55,169 nucleotides of DNA. It comes from Raillietiella orientalis (lineage: Eukaryota). The DNA lies in NCBI GenBank assembly GCA_036172245.1, contig JAYWIR010000115.1, forward strand, positions 62,001-117,169. Reading direction: 5' to 3'. The notes beneath the pieces were generated by a model. That model had not been told where the DNA came from. It saw only the letters and a list, made by a program, of their open reading frames with translations, and did no database searches. Shown in pieces: positions 24,100 through 37,275 of this stretch. Both the position numbers and the translations under genes were made by a program. Position 1 is the first letter of the stretch. Every line of letters starts with the position of its first letter.

Positions 24100-27000
24100 G
24101 TAAGTGGAAAATCAGGTTCGTGAAACGCCCATTAATCTCATTAAATGAAATTTCCGAAAAAACCTATTTGAATAGTTTACTTCATGGCAAAATTCGACAG
24201 CCCTTGGATGTTATTTTTATTATCAATTCTACTTACCGTAGTGTACAGTTTGAATGTGTTCATTTACTCATTTCTGAACTACATAGCCATTTGTTTTACC
24301 TCAATGCGTTTCAACTCTGGGTCTGATCAGCTTTATATGGTATCTCCTATATCTACTGCCGCATTGTTAACCAAATAACAAGCCTACATCTTAGGAGAAG
24401 ACTGTTTTAATTTGGAAAAGATGAACAGATTTTTGCACCGACATTCAAAAGTAAATTTGTATTGCTAATTGGTGACCGTTTTTTTCTTTGCGCATTCATT
24501 TTTTGATCTAGGTTTCTTATGTCAACTTCATTATCTAGACATAACTGGTTTTCAGTTTGCTTTCAAGTGCAGAGCTTGTGTAGGATGTTCCATTAGTTGG
24601 CCCTTAAAGGTCATGTCGTAGGGTAGTGGTCAGACATGAAGGAATTCGCAAGGTTTTCTCCTTGATGCACTCTGAGCAAGAAAACTGATTAGCAAAGAGA
24701 AAAGAAATTTACCAACCAGATACCTGAAAACAGTTTTATCAGAGATGGGGTCATAGAAGGAGGCAGTGCTTGGAAAACACACTAACTTATTAACTGCTAA
24801 AGTATGTCAATTGGAAAGCAGCTTTCATGGATGTTTGTTTGTTATCATTTCTAGTGAATCTTAATAAAAATAATGCACCCTTTTTAGTGATGCGTAATAT
24901 AATGCAGATAAAGAAAGATAAAGGGTTAAAGAGACTGATCTTTTATTGTGAGAGATGAAAATTTATCATCATCACTATATCAGGACTGTTCTCATCATAA
25001 AAATTCAAGTCCATGTATAAGGTATTATCAGAAGTGTTTTGTTGAAGACTTATTGCACATTACTATGCAAACAATTTTGCAACAGATGGTCAATTGAATT
25101 CCTGGTCAGCCTACATTCATCTGGGTGTGGCACTGGTAGTGGTTAAAACTGGGACAAATGATAGTTGACTTCCGGATCCTTCCAGGAATCATGGAGTGGG
25201 GAGTTCCCCTCTGGTTGTGAAGGGGCAGACCCCCTATTGCTGGGGGACCTTCTGCATCATACTGATGGTGTAGGTGTGTTGCCACCACCTCTCCAGAGAC
25301 TGCAGAGAAGTGAGCCACTCCCTTCGGGGAAGCTGCATCCCTTCTGGGTTCTCTTCAGAGGAGTAAAAACAGGAGTGGATTCCTTGTGGGGGATTCTTCC
25401 AGAGCAGAAATTCCAGGAGTGCATCCTTTCCTGCATTCCCTTCAGAGAAGAAAGAATGGAGGGGACCCCCCTGGGGGTCTTCCAGAGAGAATAAGGAAGG
25501 AGATTCCTTTTCGGATTCTCCTTTGGAGACAACCAGGGTGGAGGTGATCTCCATTTCCGAGGATCCCTCCCCAGGCATGAGAGGAACAGGCTCCGAGTTC
25601 TCCCTGGATTCATAGGGTGGACCCCTACCAGGGCACCCATCTTGAAGCATTACCCACCCTCGGGTGGTGTGGAACCATGTCAAAGAACTGTGAAAACAGA
25701 AAAGAAGGATTTCCATCAAAAAAAAAAACTAAAGCTAAATTTGAAAATTGTTTTCAATTTGGAGCTTTAGGAGTCCTAGGACAACTTTATCAGAACTGCC
25801 AGATGAATGCAGAATGAGTTGAATGAAGTGAAGATGAATTGGAAGGAAATGATCGAATCTTCTTAGAAAGAAAAATTAAGGATCGTGTAGACATTTATGC
25901 ATTCTCTACAGAGTTTCTTTATGTCATGAAAAAGCAAGATCCATTGCTAGCTATGATTTGACAAATCCCATCCAAGAGGTTGGTCTCGCCTTTGTGATTT
26001 CATTTGCTAAGAAGAAAGAAACCTTTAGCTTATGAAAACTAAACATCATATGATATTTGTGTAGTATTTTAAAATTAAACGATGAAACAATGAAAGGTGC
26101 AGTTATGAAAACAAGTTGACCTGAATTTATGTTTTCATAAATTTGCACCCAACTTAGTAATCAACTCAAAGCAAATAGCAAAAAGTGTCAGCGCACCTGA
26201 TACAGTGAAACGAAAAAAAGAAAAAGTCAGAAATCTAAATATTGTTCTACTAATTAACATCTTTAAAGGACATGTGACTGTTTTTATCGCAAACTGTCAA
26301 GTAACCAAGAAGCTGAAAGCTATACACCAGGAAACAATTAAACGTGGAACCATCAGACATTTCTCTTGTAGATAGGTGAGTGTTTATCATCCTTGAAATA
26401 CCTTTTTTGCTTTTAAAATACATATAGTTTTCAAGGATGCTGCAAGGAAACAGTGTAGGAGCTTGTGCAGTGTTTGCTTATAGTTGGTTATTGAAAATAA
26501 GGAATAACTTCTTATGGGTCTTTAATTCAGGCATCTTGAAATTCAGATATTGTTTTGATTATTTTGTTTCTCTCACATGTCTTCAGTCTGAGTGAAAGTA
26601 TGCACACATGTGTGATGCTATTGATGTGAAATGCAAGTCTGTGTTCTGGTACTTGTATTGAAGTTATTTACAAATTCATGCATGGTAATTTATAAATGTA
26701 AGCTATGGATTAATGGTACTGTTGCATTGTCTGCTTTGAGTATGGAGAGAATCTTACTAATGTGAGTGTTGAACAAAGCGTACTTGTTCCAGTGATGAGT
26801 AATTGGGTTTATTTTCAAATTCCTCTGCAGAATGTGAAGTATTTCTCCATGTTTATGAGAAATAGTGAGTGCCAACGAAGCAGCCAGTTCAATATTGAAC
26901 TAGTTAAAAAATTATATGGGAACTCTTATTAATGTGTGGGTATTTCATGTTACAAAAAAAAAGCAAAGACGTTTCGGGAATTCAATATAATTTTCCTCGT

Positions 27001-30000
27001 GCTCTCCGTCGGTACAAACAGTAAGTTTGTTCGGTTGACGGTTTTGCCAGACTTTATTGGATCCACGTTATGGTACGCTTGGTGGTTTGGATCCGACTTC
27101 TTGAGCAAAGTCATCTTTTCTTTGAAGGTTCTGTGGTCGGAATGTTTCATGGAAACGAGTGGTTTCCTTTTCCAAAAACAGAATGGCAACTCATTTCTAT
27201 CTTTGTTGGCCAATCACCAGATCATGCACATCACGATCGTTTCAAACTGGGATGCTTATAGACTATGCTTTGTAGGCTGTAGCTGATCCTTCAGAACTGC
27301 CTTTTTTTTTCCATTGTAATCTGATATGTAATTGATTGTTTGTTTGTTTGTTTTTTTGCTGCCCTACTTACGTTTTAGTAATCTCTTTTCTGGATTCTCG
27401 TTTTCCAACTCAGTTCAAGAGGCTTTTTATTTCCACAAATTCATTCAACATCATTGCCTATTTGAGGTTTGAAGGGATTCGTGTCGTCTTTCGCATATAA
27501 ATGCAAGTGATTTCTGATTCTATGCAACATGATAGATGTTTACTATGTGAACTGTTTTCATGCAGGTTTTCGTTTGACATGTTCGAAATTCCTTAGTTCG
27601 AATCCACTGCTTCAATTTTTGAGCATTACACTGGGATCTGGGCAAGGTTTTCGAAACCACAGCAGATTTTCTCGTGTTTCTTTAGGTAATCCTTTGTACA
27701 CAGTAATGATACACAGTGGTGAGTCACTTTTTAAGGAGGACAGAAAAAATGCGTGTTCATAATAGTCTTCAATGCATTCCGGAAGCAAAACAACAGCATT
27801 CCGTAAAAATATTCTTAGCCATGCTTTTTGAGTATTTACGTAAGGAGAAGTCATGATGTATTTGTTGCATAGAAAAATCAGCGAAACGAATAGCGCATGG
27901 AGGGTCTCCGCGATTTCCTGATGAACCAAACAAGCTGCGGTATGCGAAACTCCAAGCTGCGGTGTTTTGCAGCGTGGAGTTTGAACGAACCCTCTGTATC
28001 TGTACCTGTTTTTCTTTTTTTCCACTTGAGATGTCTGCTTTACTTTGAATACTTCGGGTGGTTATTGTGCTCTTGTCGTTATTACGGGACGGCCGATACC
28101 TTTCCCCTGCTGCAGAATTCGTACTCTCGGCTGTGCATGTGATAAATTTAGGAGTTGGGAGCTCCGAAACGAATCTGAATCGAATCTGATCAGTTTTGCA
28201 CAACTTTCAATTCCATCCCTGTACATTCTCTCCGGGAGCTTCGGTACGCACGTACCTCCAATACCTTTCCAAATGTGGGAACCTTCAATGCATGATCTTT
28301 GCTCTTGAAAAGGTTGTGGGAGTGCGTCTCTTCTGCATCTGTTGCGCATTCCAGTGGTTTCTTGCTTTGATTTCGAAGCACGAATTGTCTTGGCGGTTGA
28401 AAGTATTTGTCATTGGTTTTTGCTTTCACCTATGACATGGAGCAATTTTGTTTTCTCACGGGACTGAAGTAAGGGCATGCTCTCATTTCGCAGTTAGCCA
28501 ACTTTAAAGTCTTTAGTTTAGTACTTGGAAGTGTCTCCCGAGATTTTATATGACCTGCAGCCCAGATTAGTTTCGTTTCCCTAATTCGGTAGTCATCACT
28601 GAAAAGTACAGTTTTGGCTCCTCGGTTGTGTTCTAACGTTCAATCTCTCTGTGTTTTTCTTTGTAATTTTGATTTCATTTTACTTTCTCAGCACTTCTGG
28701 AAAGTTTGGTAAATTTTCAATTACTTTTATAATACTTCAAGATTTTTAATTATTTGCAAAGCATTTTGAAGCGGCCTGGCTTCATGTTCTCCAGTCGAGC
28801 TACCCGTTCCGGAAAAGGAAACGCAGAAAATGCTTTCCTGAGGGCGTTTTTGTTACATTAGTTGATGTGCATGAACCCACTGAGCACTTCAGTGTGGTTT
28901 GTATTCCCAATCTGCTCCGGGCTTGTCGAATGTGGTAGTCAGCTTGTGAAGTAATGTACCTCTATCTAGTGTTCCATGGCTTTCTTTCGAACGGTGGGAT
29001 TATATGTTAGGTTGTTCTTTGGAGTCCAGTGATCTGTGAGCAGTTTCGACTAGAATCTGTCAGGATGTAAACATTTAGCAGTAATCCAGCCATTTTGGAA
29101 ATCAGCTATTTAACCTGGGTACTTTGTTTTGTGCCTTTCTTTATTCTGCTAGGTATTTTCTAGTCTTTCCACGAATGGGATGTTGTTGCTCGCTTCAGGA
29201 AGGGCGTTCGTTTGTTTTAAAAGAATCCCCCAGTTGCCATTTGCAGTGGTTTTGCATTTGTTTTGTTTTTTCCAGTATTTTTTTCCAAAGCATTCGCAGG
29301 GTTACGAATGCTATATCGTTATTGTGTCGTTATTGACGAAAATGCAACTGTTATTATTTGTTAGATTTTGTGATTATATTAACATAGGTGAAATGGTTCT
29401 GTAGAAACATCGAATTGTTTCCTAAAGCAGTGTAAGAAGAATGATTTCTACTATGACACACAAAATCTGTGGCTTGTAGGAATGTTAATTGGAGGAAAGA
29501 AACTGGATTGTGGATTATTTTCCATGAGAGTCACTACTAATTATGTAGGCAATGGCACCTGGTTCTTAGTGTCATCTAGTATGATTTTGATTTCAATGAT
29601 AAGTGATCCTCTGCGTCTCTCTAGACACGTCTAAGTTTTCATCTGTTTCCGGGATCTTTTGTGTTTCTAATTCCTGCAAGCTGTGGTCATAACAGGATGC
29701 ATCGAGAAACTGATGCACAATTGTTCCCGTTTGGTGGCATTGGATGTTTGTCAGTGTCCCAGGTTTTCTCTGGCGCAGCTAGTTGACAACAGACTGCGTG
29801 CAATCGGAAAAACTTTGATCCTACAGCAGCCGTGTCTTTTTCGAATGTAATGAAAAACGTAATTTTGTATATTATTGCGAAAAATTTCACATACTAATGT
29901 CGTGAATGCATTTCTTATAATGCGATTCGGAATTCTTTTTAACCTGTTTTATTGTTTTCTGAAATTTTCTTAAGCAGTGCTAGGATGTTTTCGTTGAAGA

Positions 30001-31110
30001 TTGAGGGCTGATTCGACTGATGGTTTCAAGCTGCAAAACAAGTTTTCGTAGTTAGCAGGGAAATCTAAGTCAGTGCTATTGGGATAGAGACGGTGAAATT
30101 CTACAGGAAAAGGCAATCGCATGAATTGATTTGTGGATTAAAGAAACCACAAATAAATAAGATTCAAACGAAAACGTATTGAATGCAATGGATATGCAAG
30201 TCAGGTATATTGCTGTGAAATTCTTATAAAAGTGCTTTTATTTTCATGCTTTAATGGGTATATTATACTGCTTATTTTTGCAATAATACTAGTAATACCA
30301 TATTACAAAGCAACAGCCGTATAGGAATTGAAACGTTGCAGTAGTATTTCTGTTTTGTATAAAGTACAACATGCTGAATGTCAAGCGGCAATGCTGCATC
30401 ATATTTCATGTCACGAATTTATGTTGTATGTTTTAATTATAATTAAGCATCAGCACATTGATAAATTGACACGGAAGGCGCTTAGTAATGGAATGCAAGT
30501 AATTTTTCTTATCCCAATTAGTTGCTCACTTAGTTTTGCCAACTTGTGAGCATTTTATATATCCGAATTTTACTTTGAGGATGAATTTGGCCATTCATCA
30601 AACGACAGTGTGTTTATATGTTGTAGGTATTGCTTTTGTAAGACATGGTCAGTTCCTTGAATTGTTTTGTAAATTTATTCAATTCTTGTTGTGGGCTTTT
30701 CAATTTTTTTAAAAAATGTTTTTTTTGACACCAACAACATTTTTTCTTTTACTCCGGAATATCATTAATAACCCCCTAATTGATAGACTTGTTTTGTTTT
30801 GCATTCGTTCTGAATTCCCTAATTGACTTCACGATGTTCTCTAAGTATTTCTGAAAGCTTTCAGAAGTTTTAATGTTTAATACAGTATGGTAGCAATAAC
30901 GCCGTTTCATGATTTCGTCAGCATGTAGCGGGTTTTTACGACAACGGATTAGCATTGGTGAAAAGAGTGGCTCCTTAGCTTCTTGCGCTTAGAGCTTTTA
31001 AACATTTCTGCGCGAGCATCGATCGATTGAATTTCAATTACAAATACCGAACAGTGTACTTGCATATAATTGGTTCTACAGTCGAATTTGATAATTTTTT
31101 GTATTTTAAG

Positions 31111-31380
31111 GGTTTATGTGACAATTTAGTCACTTCTGTAGTTCGGGCATGGGACATGCAAAAGCCATTGATGTTTTGTCCTGCGATGAATACTCATATG
31201 TTTCTCCATCCTATAACATCAGTACAAATTTCAACATTGAAAAGCTTTGGTTTTCACGAAATACCTTGTTGCATTAAAACTTTGATGTGTGGAGAAACAG
31301 GAATTGGAGCAATGGCCGAAATAGATTCTATTATTGATTGCGTAACAAATATGCTGAGCATTATGGCATCAAGCTCTTGA
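31111..31380 (+). CDS. PPCDC: Phosphopantothenoylcysteine decarboxylase, exon 2
   Basis: TTTTAAG acceptor ending 31110; phase-0 join KIAN|GLCDNL; PAMNTHM and LMCGETGIGAM (catalytic Cys); total 188 aa. Confidence 0.93.
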   Translation, partial: GLCDNLVTSVVRAWDMQKPLMFCPAMNTHMFLHPITSVQISTLKSFGFHEIPCCIKTLMCGETGIGAMAEIDSIIDCVTNMLSIMASSS

Positions 31381-31403
31381 ATTATTGCTTCCTACTTACT
31401 ATG

Positions 31404-31409
31404 AATAAA
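31404..31409 (+). terminator. Polyadenylation signal of PPCDC
   Basis: AATAAA 23 nt after the stop codon. Confidence 0.6.
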
Positions 31410-32054
31410 GTATCAAAATCTGAGTTCTGTTCTGTACTAATGTATGTAATGTATAATAGAATTTAGGGTATGAGAGTGCCCAGAGAGTTTACAGATGTAA
31501 TTTGAAATGCAAATAGTATTGCTGAAATCTTCGTTGCTGATGACGTATTCGTCGTTCTCAATACTTAACAGCAGCGAGACCAAGGCACGCCTCCGCCTCG
31601 ACGGCCACTGAGAACAAGGACAGCTTTCAGTAAGTGTGGGAGGTATGCCTCTTGCACGTAGCTTGAAAAACGCTATCAGAATGGCAAAAGTATACAAGTG
31701 CTTTTGTGCAAGTCCTGACTGTTATTGGTAATCAATAGCCTAAGGGACGCAGAGCTGCCATTTCAGTGCACGCGAACTAGCAACTCTGAGTTGAGTTGAG
31801 TTGAGTTGCCCTCAGTATGGAGTTCGCATCATCACCTCTTGTATTCGTCTGCGTATAGCGTATTTGTACGCTAACATTGGAGAAAAGAGTGACTCATTAG
31901 GCAGCTTCCTGCGCTCTGTAGAGCTTTTGTTGCTTCAAGGCATTCCCTACAAGTTTGAAGGGCAAAAGTAAAGTATTACATATAACACTTAATTTTCGGA
32001 GCGACACTACACGCACGAACACTTGTAGTCAGCATGACAACGCATCTTTGACAG

Positions 32055-33130
32055 TTTTTCACCCGGATTTGCCGGGACATTTATTAAAAAATGTCTCGAA
32101 ATTTTATAATATAGTCGTTATTTTATGACTATGGTAGTAGAACACTCGATTCTACCACGCGCGGAGGATTTTTCATGAACCGGAACGCAAACCGGCGAGA
32201 TCTGCTCCCGCGTTGAAGGAGAAGGGAAAACAAAGCAAAAATAAACAAAAAATTCAAAACAGTGGGAGAGCAATGATTCTTGGGAAGGGGAGAGAAAGGA
32301 AGGGATCACCGGTCGCCCGAAGTGCATCCATGTATCCTGTTGCGGTTGCTTAGAAGTGCTGTTAGTATGTTGGGGAGTCAGGCCTATCGAGTAGTGGCCT
32401 CCAAGATTTTCACCCAGTTGATGGCATCCCTGCTGTTTAGGCCTCTATTCGCGTTTCACCTCGACACAATTTCACTTAGACAACAGAGAAGTGCTAGAGA
32501 CACGGCAGGGGGCTTCACTCATGAGGAAGTGCTAGAAAATGTTTTTAGGGTGGTCTACCGGGATTTTCAGGATCGACGAGAGTGGATCCCAAAGTGCTCG
32601 GAGGGCAACTCTGTCTATTAGGAGATACGGGAAGGTTTCCCTTTCTCCGCACTCTGCACAATGTGCATCCATATTCCCAAGTGTTCAGTGGGACAGGCGT
32701 GCTCTGCACGGGATTCCTTAGTGCATCAATAGCAACGCCATCTCTTGCCACTTCAGGGGAAGGGCGCCACTGTCGCAACACTGGGGGTCACTTCATCTCT
32801 TGCGGAGGTATTGTGAGCAGCTCACCGCCCAGCGTCTGAGTCGTTTAGGCAGGACATTCGGGGTCAAAGCGTACTCTAGCTCCCATCTTTCCTCAGAGCT
32901 GTCCCTCTTAAGAGAGGACAGCTCTGAGGAAAGGTGAGTGAACGAAGGCCACAGCAATTTGCATGGTTTGTACACGACTCCCGCAATGGATGGCGAGCGT
33001 ACATTTCTTTTCGGAGGCAGATGTGTAACACCTCTCTCGAGCCACTGATCCTTCTCCATGCCGAAACTCACTCCTGAAGCCAGGCAGGGCCCTTCCTGGG
33101 GAGGCAGGACATCCAGTTGTCATCCGACAC
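32055..33130 (-). mobile_element. Diverged A-related element F, 3' portion
   Basis: Stem-loop 32062-32076 plus AATAAA; about 32310-32830 is homologous to the A C-terminus (gggacaggcgtgctctgc, CAECGERETFP). Confidence 0.75.
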
Positions 33131-33399
33131 GAAAAAAGCAGAGTTGGTCGACTTCGTTGTCCCAAGCTTACTCGAGAAGAATCGGGTGGGTGGTAGAATT
33201 GCTGAGTATACAGTTCTGTTGTACTAGTTTTCTGTCGCGTTTTCTCGGGAAATAGGAAACTTAAGGGCGTTCCCACAATCTCCTATTCTCCACAGGAGAC
33301 CAAAGGTTACAAGGACTCGGGGGACTTGCCTGTTGTGTTGCGCAGGATGCTCAACTTTTAATTCCTTCATGGACCTCGCAACGATGGCTCTGAAGCTCA

Positions 33400-35467
33400 T
33401 ACGAGTGGCATCAAAGCATCGAGGAGTTTTTTGCAATAAAAAAGCTCCATCGAAAGAGCTGAAGAGGCCCAAAGAGCCGATATTGACGTGCCATAATTGT
33501 TTTAACAAAGCTAGTGATGGCAGCTTCACTGCTGAGCTTAACCGGCACCACTTCGTTTCCATCGTCTTTCTTTCCTTGTGTTTCTCCCTCGACTTCGTCG
33601 GGCTGTGGACGTCGGTAAAACACAGATGACCCTAACACCTCCTTCTCTGTCTCGTCGGGGAGGACGTTACTCGTCTTCAACCTTCTGGTAACTGCCTCTA
33701 CCGACCGGCTGGCAACCTTAAGCTTCCCGCAGCCGAGAAGCGCGAACCGGGTGACGTCCATATCATGGCGTGTCATTCCGTCTGTAGGCTCGGGTAATAG
33801 CCTCTTCCTGCTCTGGTCATGGACTGCGCCTATCAAATCGTTTTCGGCGGAAACCACGTCGCCGTCCATTCGCTCCATGATCTGGTCAGCAAAAGTGACC
33901 ATCCTGTGGCGTACTGTACTTCTGCTGTACTTTTACTGGAAGGATCTATCCTTCACACTCATTCCTATACCCCGTAGGTAACCGGGGGGTGTCTCTTTCA
34001 AATTCCTTGGATATATATCTGAAGTGGGATTACCGGATATACAACCCCGGTAACTATCTTTCATAACCTTTGACTCATTTTTACTCTGCACTGTTACATA
34101 ATAAGCGTCTACATTTTCTCCTCGACGTAATCTTTGCATCTTTTTGAACGAGGTCAGGAGTTCGCGGATTCTGCAAACAAGCGTCCAAATCAGGCCATTT
34201 GTCAAATAGTCCGGCTGCGCCTTGTTTATCTTCGGCAAAACTGTTCCCAAGTATAGGGTTGCAACGTTTGTAGATAATCAGCTGTTTGCAAAATACGGCA
34301 ATAATATCTTCAATTTTTTTAGTCTCTTCACTAATGTGTACGCAGTGTTGATCTACTCTCGTCAGCATAGCTTGCATAACAAGTTCATTAGACTTGCCAG
34401 TTCCCTTCACAACACTATTGGAATAATTCCAATCACACAGATCTTTGACATATTCATGCAAATGGTAATTCCATCTTTGTCTGGACCAGTGTGCATTTTC
34501 CTACTAAAATTGAACAAAATTTTTTAATGTTGGAATGGTACTGTCTTACGAAAATTGACGCCTTTGATCTTACAACTTACCATGGTGCCATCTGCTCTAG
34601 GTATTCATGCATTTGTTTTCTCCAATTATTTCACTTATGTATGCTGGGATTATCACTGAGGTTCACTACATTTGGGGAACTGGGCGTCGTTTATGCCTAG
34701 ACTTTGTCCTCAATCCTCAGGATATGTCGGTAATTCCAGATCTGTACTCTTCCACAGTTTCGTATGCCGATCTCCTGGATGAGCCCTTTCCGGATTCCAT
34801 TGGAGATACGGCGGTGCTGGTGATCATCTTCCACCACCGCACATGATAGCATCGATGAAGAGGGCGATGGTCATCCTTACCATGGGATTGTAACGGAACG
34901 TTCCCATTTCCTTGGAATATGCCTGCTATAATTCCCATTGTCGATGTGGTGGGCAGCCCCATTACCCTTTTGAGGTTGTGCGACTCTTGTTGCATAGTGA
35001 GACAGGTGAAGACTTGGAGAAATCTTCGCATCTTCAAATAACTTGGTCTTGGCGATGACATCGCCGGAGAACACCTTTCCAGAGTAGTTCCGGAATTTCA
35101 CATCCATAACTTCCTCGTACTTGGTGAGGAAACTCCACACCGCTTGTTTATTTGTTGTCACGCAGCCTCCTCCAAGAAACACCGTCGTATCCGGCATTTT
35201 GACGATCCCGCGGACCATTCTCCCTTGTATATTTATGTCCTTTTCGATGAATACCTCGATAAAGGTTTCACTGTCCGTGTAGACTGTGAACCCCGTCGTG
35301 CTCGGTATGATCGCTTGTACGCGATCAAAGTCAACATTCTCTTTATAGAGGGTCAGATACACCTCTTTGATATTATTTATCCTGATGAGTCCTGTTTTGA
35401 ATGTGATCGACTTCATATTCTCACTGATCCGCACGATCGTCTCATCCATATTCTCGATTTTGCCCAC
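33400..35467 (-). pseudogene. L1/Tx1 ORF1-like (RRM-type) region followed by unassigned disrupted ORFs
   Basis: ORF 34877-35467 has a Tx1-ORF1-like pattern (FLTKYEEVMDV...KVFSGD..AK..L); ORFs 34081-34461, 33933-34250 and 33411-33902 follow on the same strand. Confidence 0.45.
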
Positions 35468-36315
35468 TTCTGGCTTTCCAAATGTTCGTGATGGACCATT
35501 GGAATTTCCGGCTGCCAGCGCCGCGTAAGAAAATTGCCGCGTCGTTGCAGCCGCACAAGCGCCATCAAGATGGCGTCGCGGCCTGCGAGCTCCTCGCTAA
35601 TTCGGAGGTCGGTCGTAGGCTACGATGCCAGCACCATCGCATAGGCGACACCCAGCGACCCTGCACATTCTCCGGACGCTACCTCCATCCGCTGGGGTGA
35701 CGTCGGCCTGTCCCCCAAATCCCCTTGCATTCTTCCGGTGGACTGGTGAACTGTCGCCGTGGTGGAATGCAAGTCCTCCCCTGTGGTATCGCTGCTATTG
35801 GTGATTGTCCTCACCTGTACTGCACTGTCACTTCCCAGTGCGTAGGCTTTATTAAATAAATAAATGCATTGTAAAATATAAATAGGCACAAAGCACGCAA
35901 GCGCCGTGGTCGCGTCTAGTATGCACCGTATGCGCTCGCCAAGCCGCGGCAGGGGAGTGCATACAGTTGGTTCCTTATGGTGCTTATTTATACTGCTCAG
36001 GAAGAAGAATCTGGAAATCTGGAAAAGAAAGGACGTGGAAATCGTGGAAAAAGCAGATTGGAATCCGCAAACACGCGCGGTCACCTTACTTTATCCATAA
36101 GTTCCTAAAATGGCCTGTGGCGTCACAGGTTGCGAATGCATATCCAGGGCAGCACTCGTTGGACTCTAGGTACAAAAAATGAAAAAGCATATTTTGAGCT
36201 TAAATAGAGTGGAAGATGTATCAGTGAAATATAAGTGTAGGAGGTGTAGTGCTGACATACTTTAACAAGACACTCCCACCATGTTTGCGATGGAGAACTC
36301 TCCTCGCCTGCCCCC

Positions 36316-37275
36316 GTGGTAACGGTACGAGTGCTCACGAGGTTTGTCTGTGCCATACCGGAGTGCGGCATGGTCTCTTCAACGAGAAAGCTTCTGCTAA
36401 GCCATCGAACATGGCATGAACGAGCTGGGAGGCTGCAACCTGCCAGCGGTGGAAGCATGGTGCAGATGGAAGCTCCTGCCTCGGATACACTTCGAGAACA
36501 AAACCAGAAAAGGAGTGCTGAGGAAGCAAAGAAACAAGATCATACCTCGGTGAGATCATTACCCGAGATGCCTCCCCTGGAGGAATTACATGAAGGAGGG
36601 CTGTTTAGCAAATTGGTAGCATTTGTAGATCCTCTGATTAAAGATCCGATGGATGAAAGCACCGAAAAGGAACAATTGCAGCCCCCTTCCATTGATTACA
36701 AAGTATGGTGTGATTCTCTTCTCCTACACCATCCTCCTTCAGCCACAGTTGCTCGTTACCAACCTACGCAGAAATGTGAGCATCCTGGACATCGTCCCGG
36801 CCATCCGATAGGGCGGGGCGCCCTCGTAAGGGCGATCGTTTTCCGAGTTGGAATGGCTGCTAGCAGGCAATTGGAAGCTGCTCACGGCGTGCGCTGGTTT
36901 GTCAGGTCTAGGTATAGGAACAACATATCAGCGCAAGGGAGCACAAGGTTCGTGTTTCCTCGCGCTCCGTGGATGGAGTCAGGACAGAGGAGTGCTTTGG
37001 ATGGCGAAATGTATTGTCATGTATATCATGGAAGAGTGTATGTGATGAATCATATGTCAGGACAGGAGATGCCGGATGATTTCAAGGACGGAGGGATATC
37101 CAGAGTTTTCCCGGATGTTGGAACTTTAAGGGCTGGAATGCCTGTGTATAGGTTTTTCGAGAAAGTGTATTTCACATTCGAAGGATCTAGAGACAGAGGA
37201 TTGTATTCAAATGATTTATTGCTAAGAGTCTATCTGGAAACATCAGTGGGGTCTTTTGGGGGGACTTGTATTTGA
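36316..37275 (+). CDS. Intronless 319-aa ORF with an N-terminal C2H2 zinc finger, unknown function
   Basis: FVCAIPECGMVSSTRKLLLSHRTWH; the remainder is unrecognised; start codon uncertain (GTG). Confidence 0.4.
   Translation: MVTVRVLTRFVCAIPECGMVSSTRKLLLSHRTWHERAGRLQPASGGSMVQMEAPASDTLREQNQKRSAEEAKKQDHTSVRSLPEMPPLEELHEGGLFSKLVAFVDPLIKDPMDESTEKEQLQPPSIDYKVWCDSLLLHHPPSATVARYQPTQKCEHPGHRPGHPIGRGALVRAIVFRVGMAASRQLEAAHGVRWFVRSRYRNNISAQGSTRFVFPRAPWMESGQRSALDGEMYCHVYHGRVYVMNHMSGQEMPDDFKDGGISRVFPDVGTLRAGMPVYRFFEKVYFTFEGSRDRGLYSNDLLLRVYLETSVGSFGGTCI

Noticed and set aside
23797..24123. Stand-alone or bacterial CoaBC ORF
   Set aside because: It is exon 1 of a spliced eukaryotic PPCDC; there is no CoaB domain.
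31788..31808. (GAGTT)4 microsatellite; also a 12-bp tandem near 22950 and a palindrome near 30849
   Set aside because: Too short to imply function.
35830..35900. LTR end with primer-binding site
   Set aside because: No second LTR and no gag-pol/integrase motifs seen.
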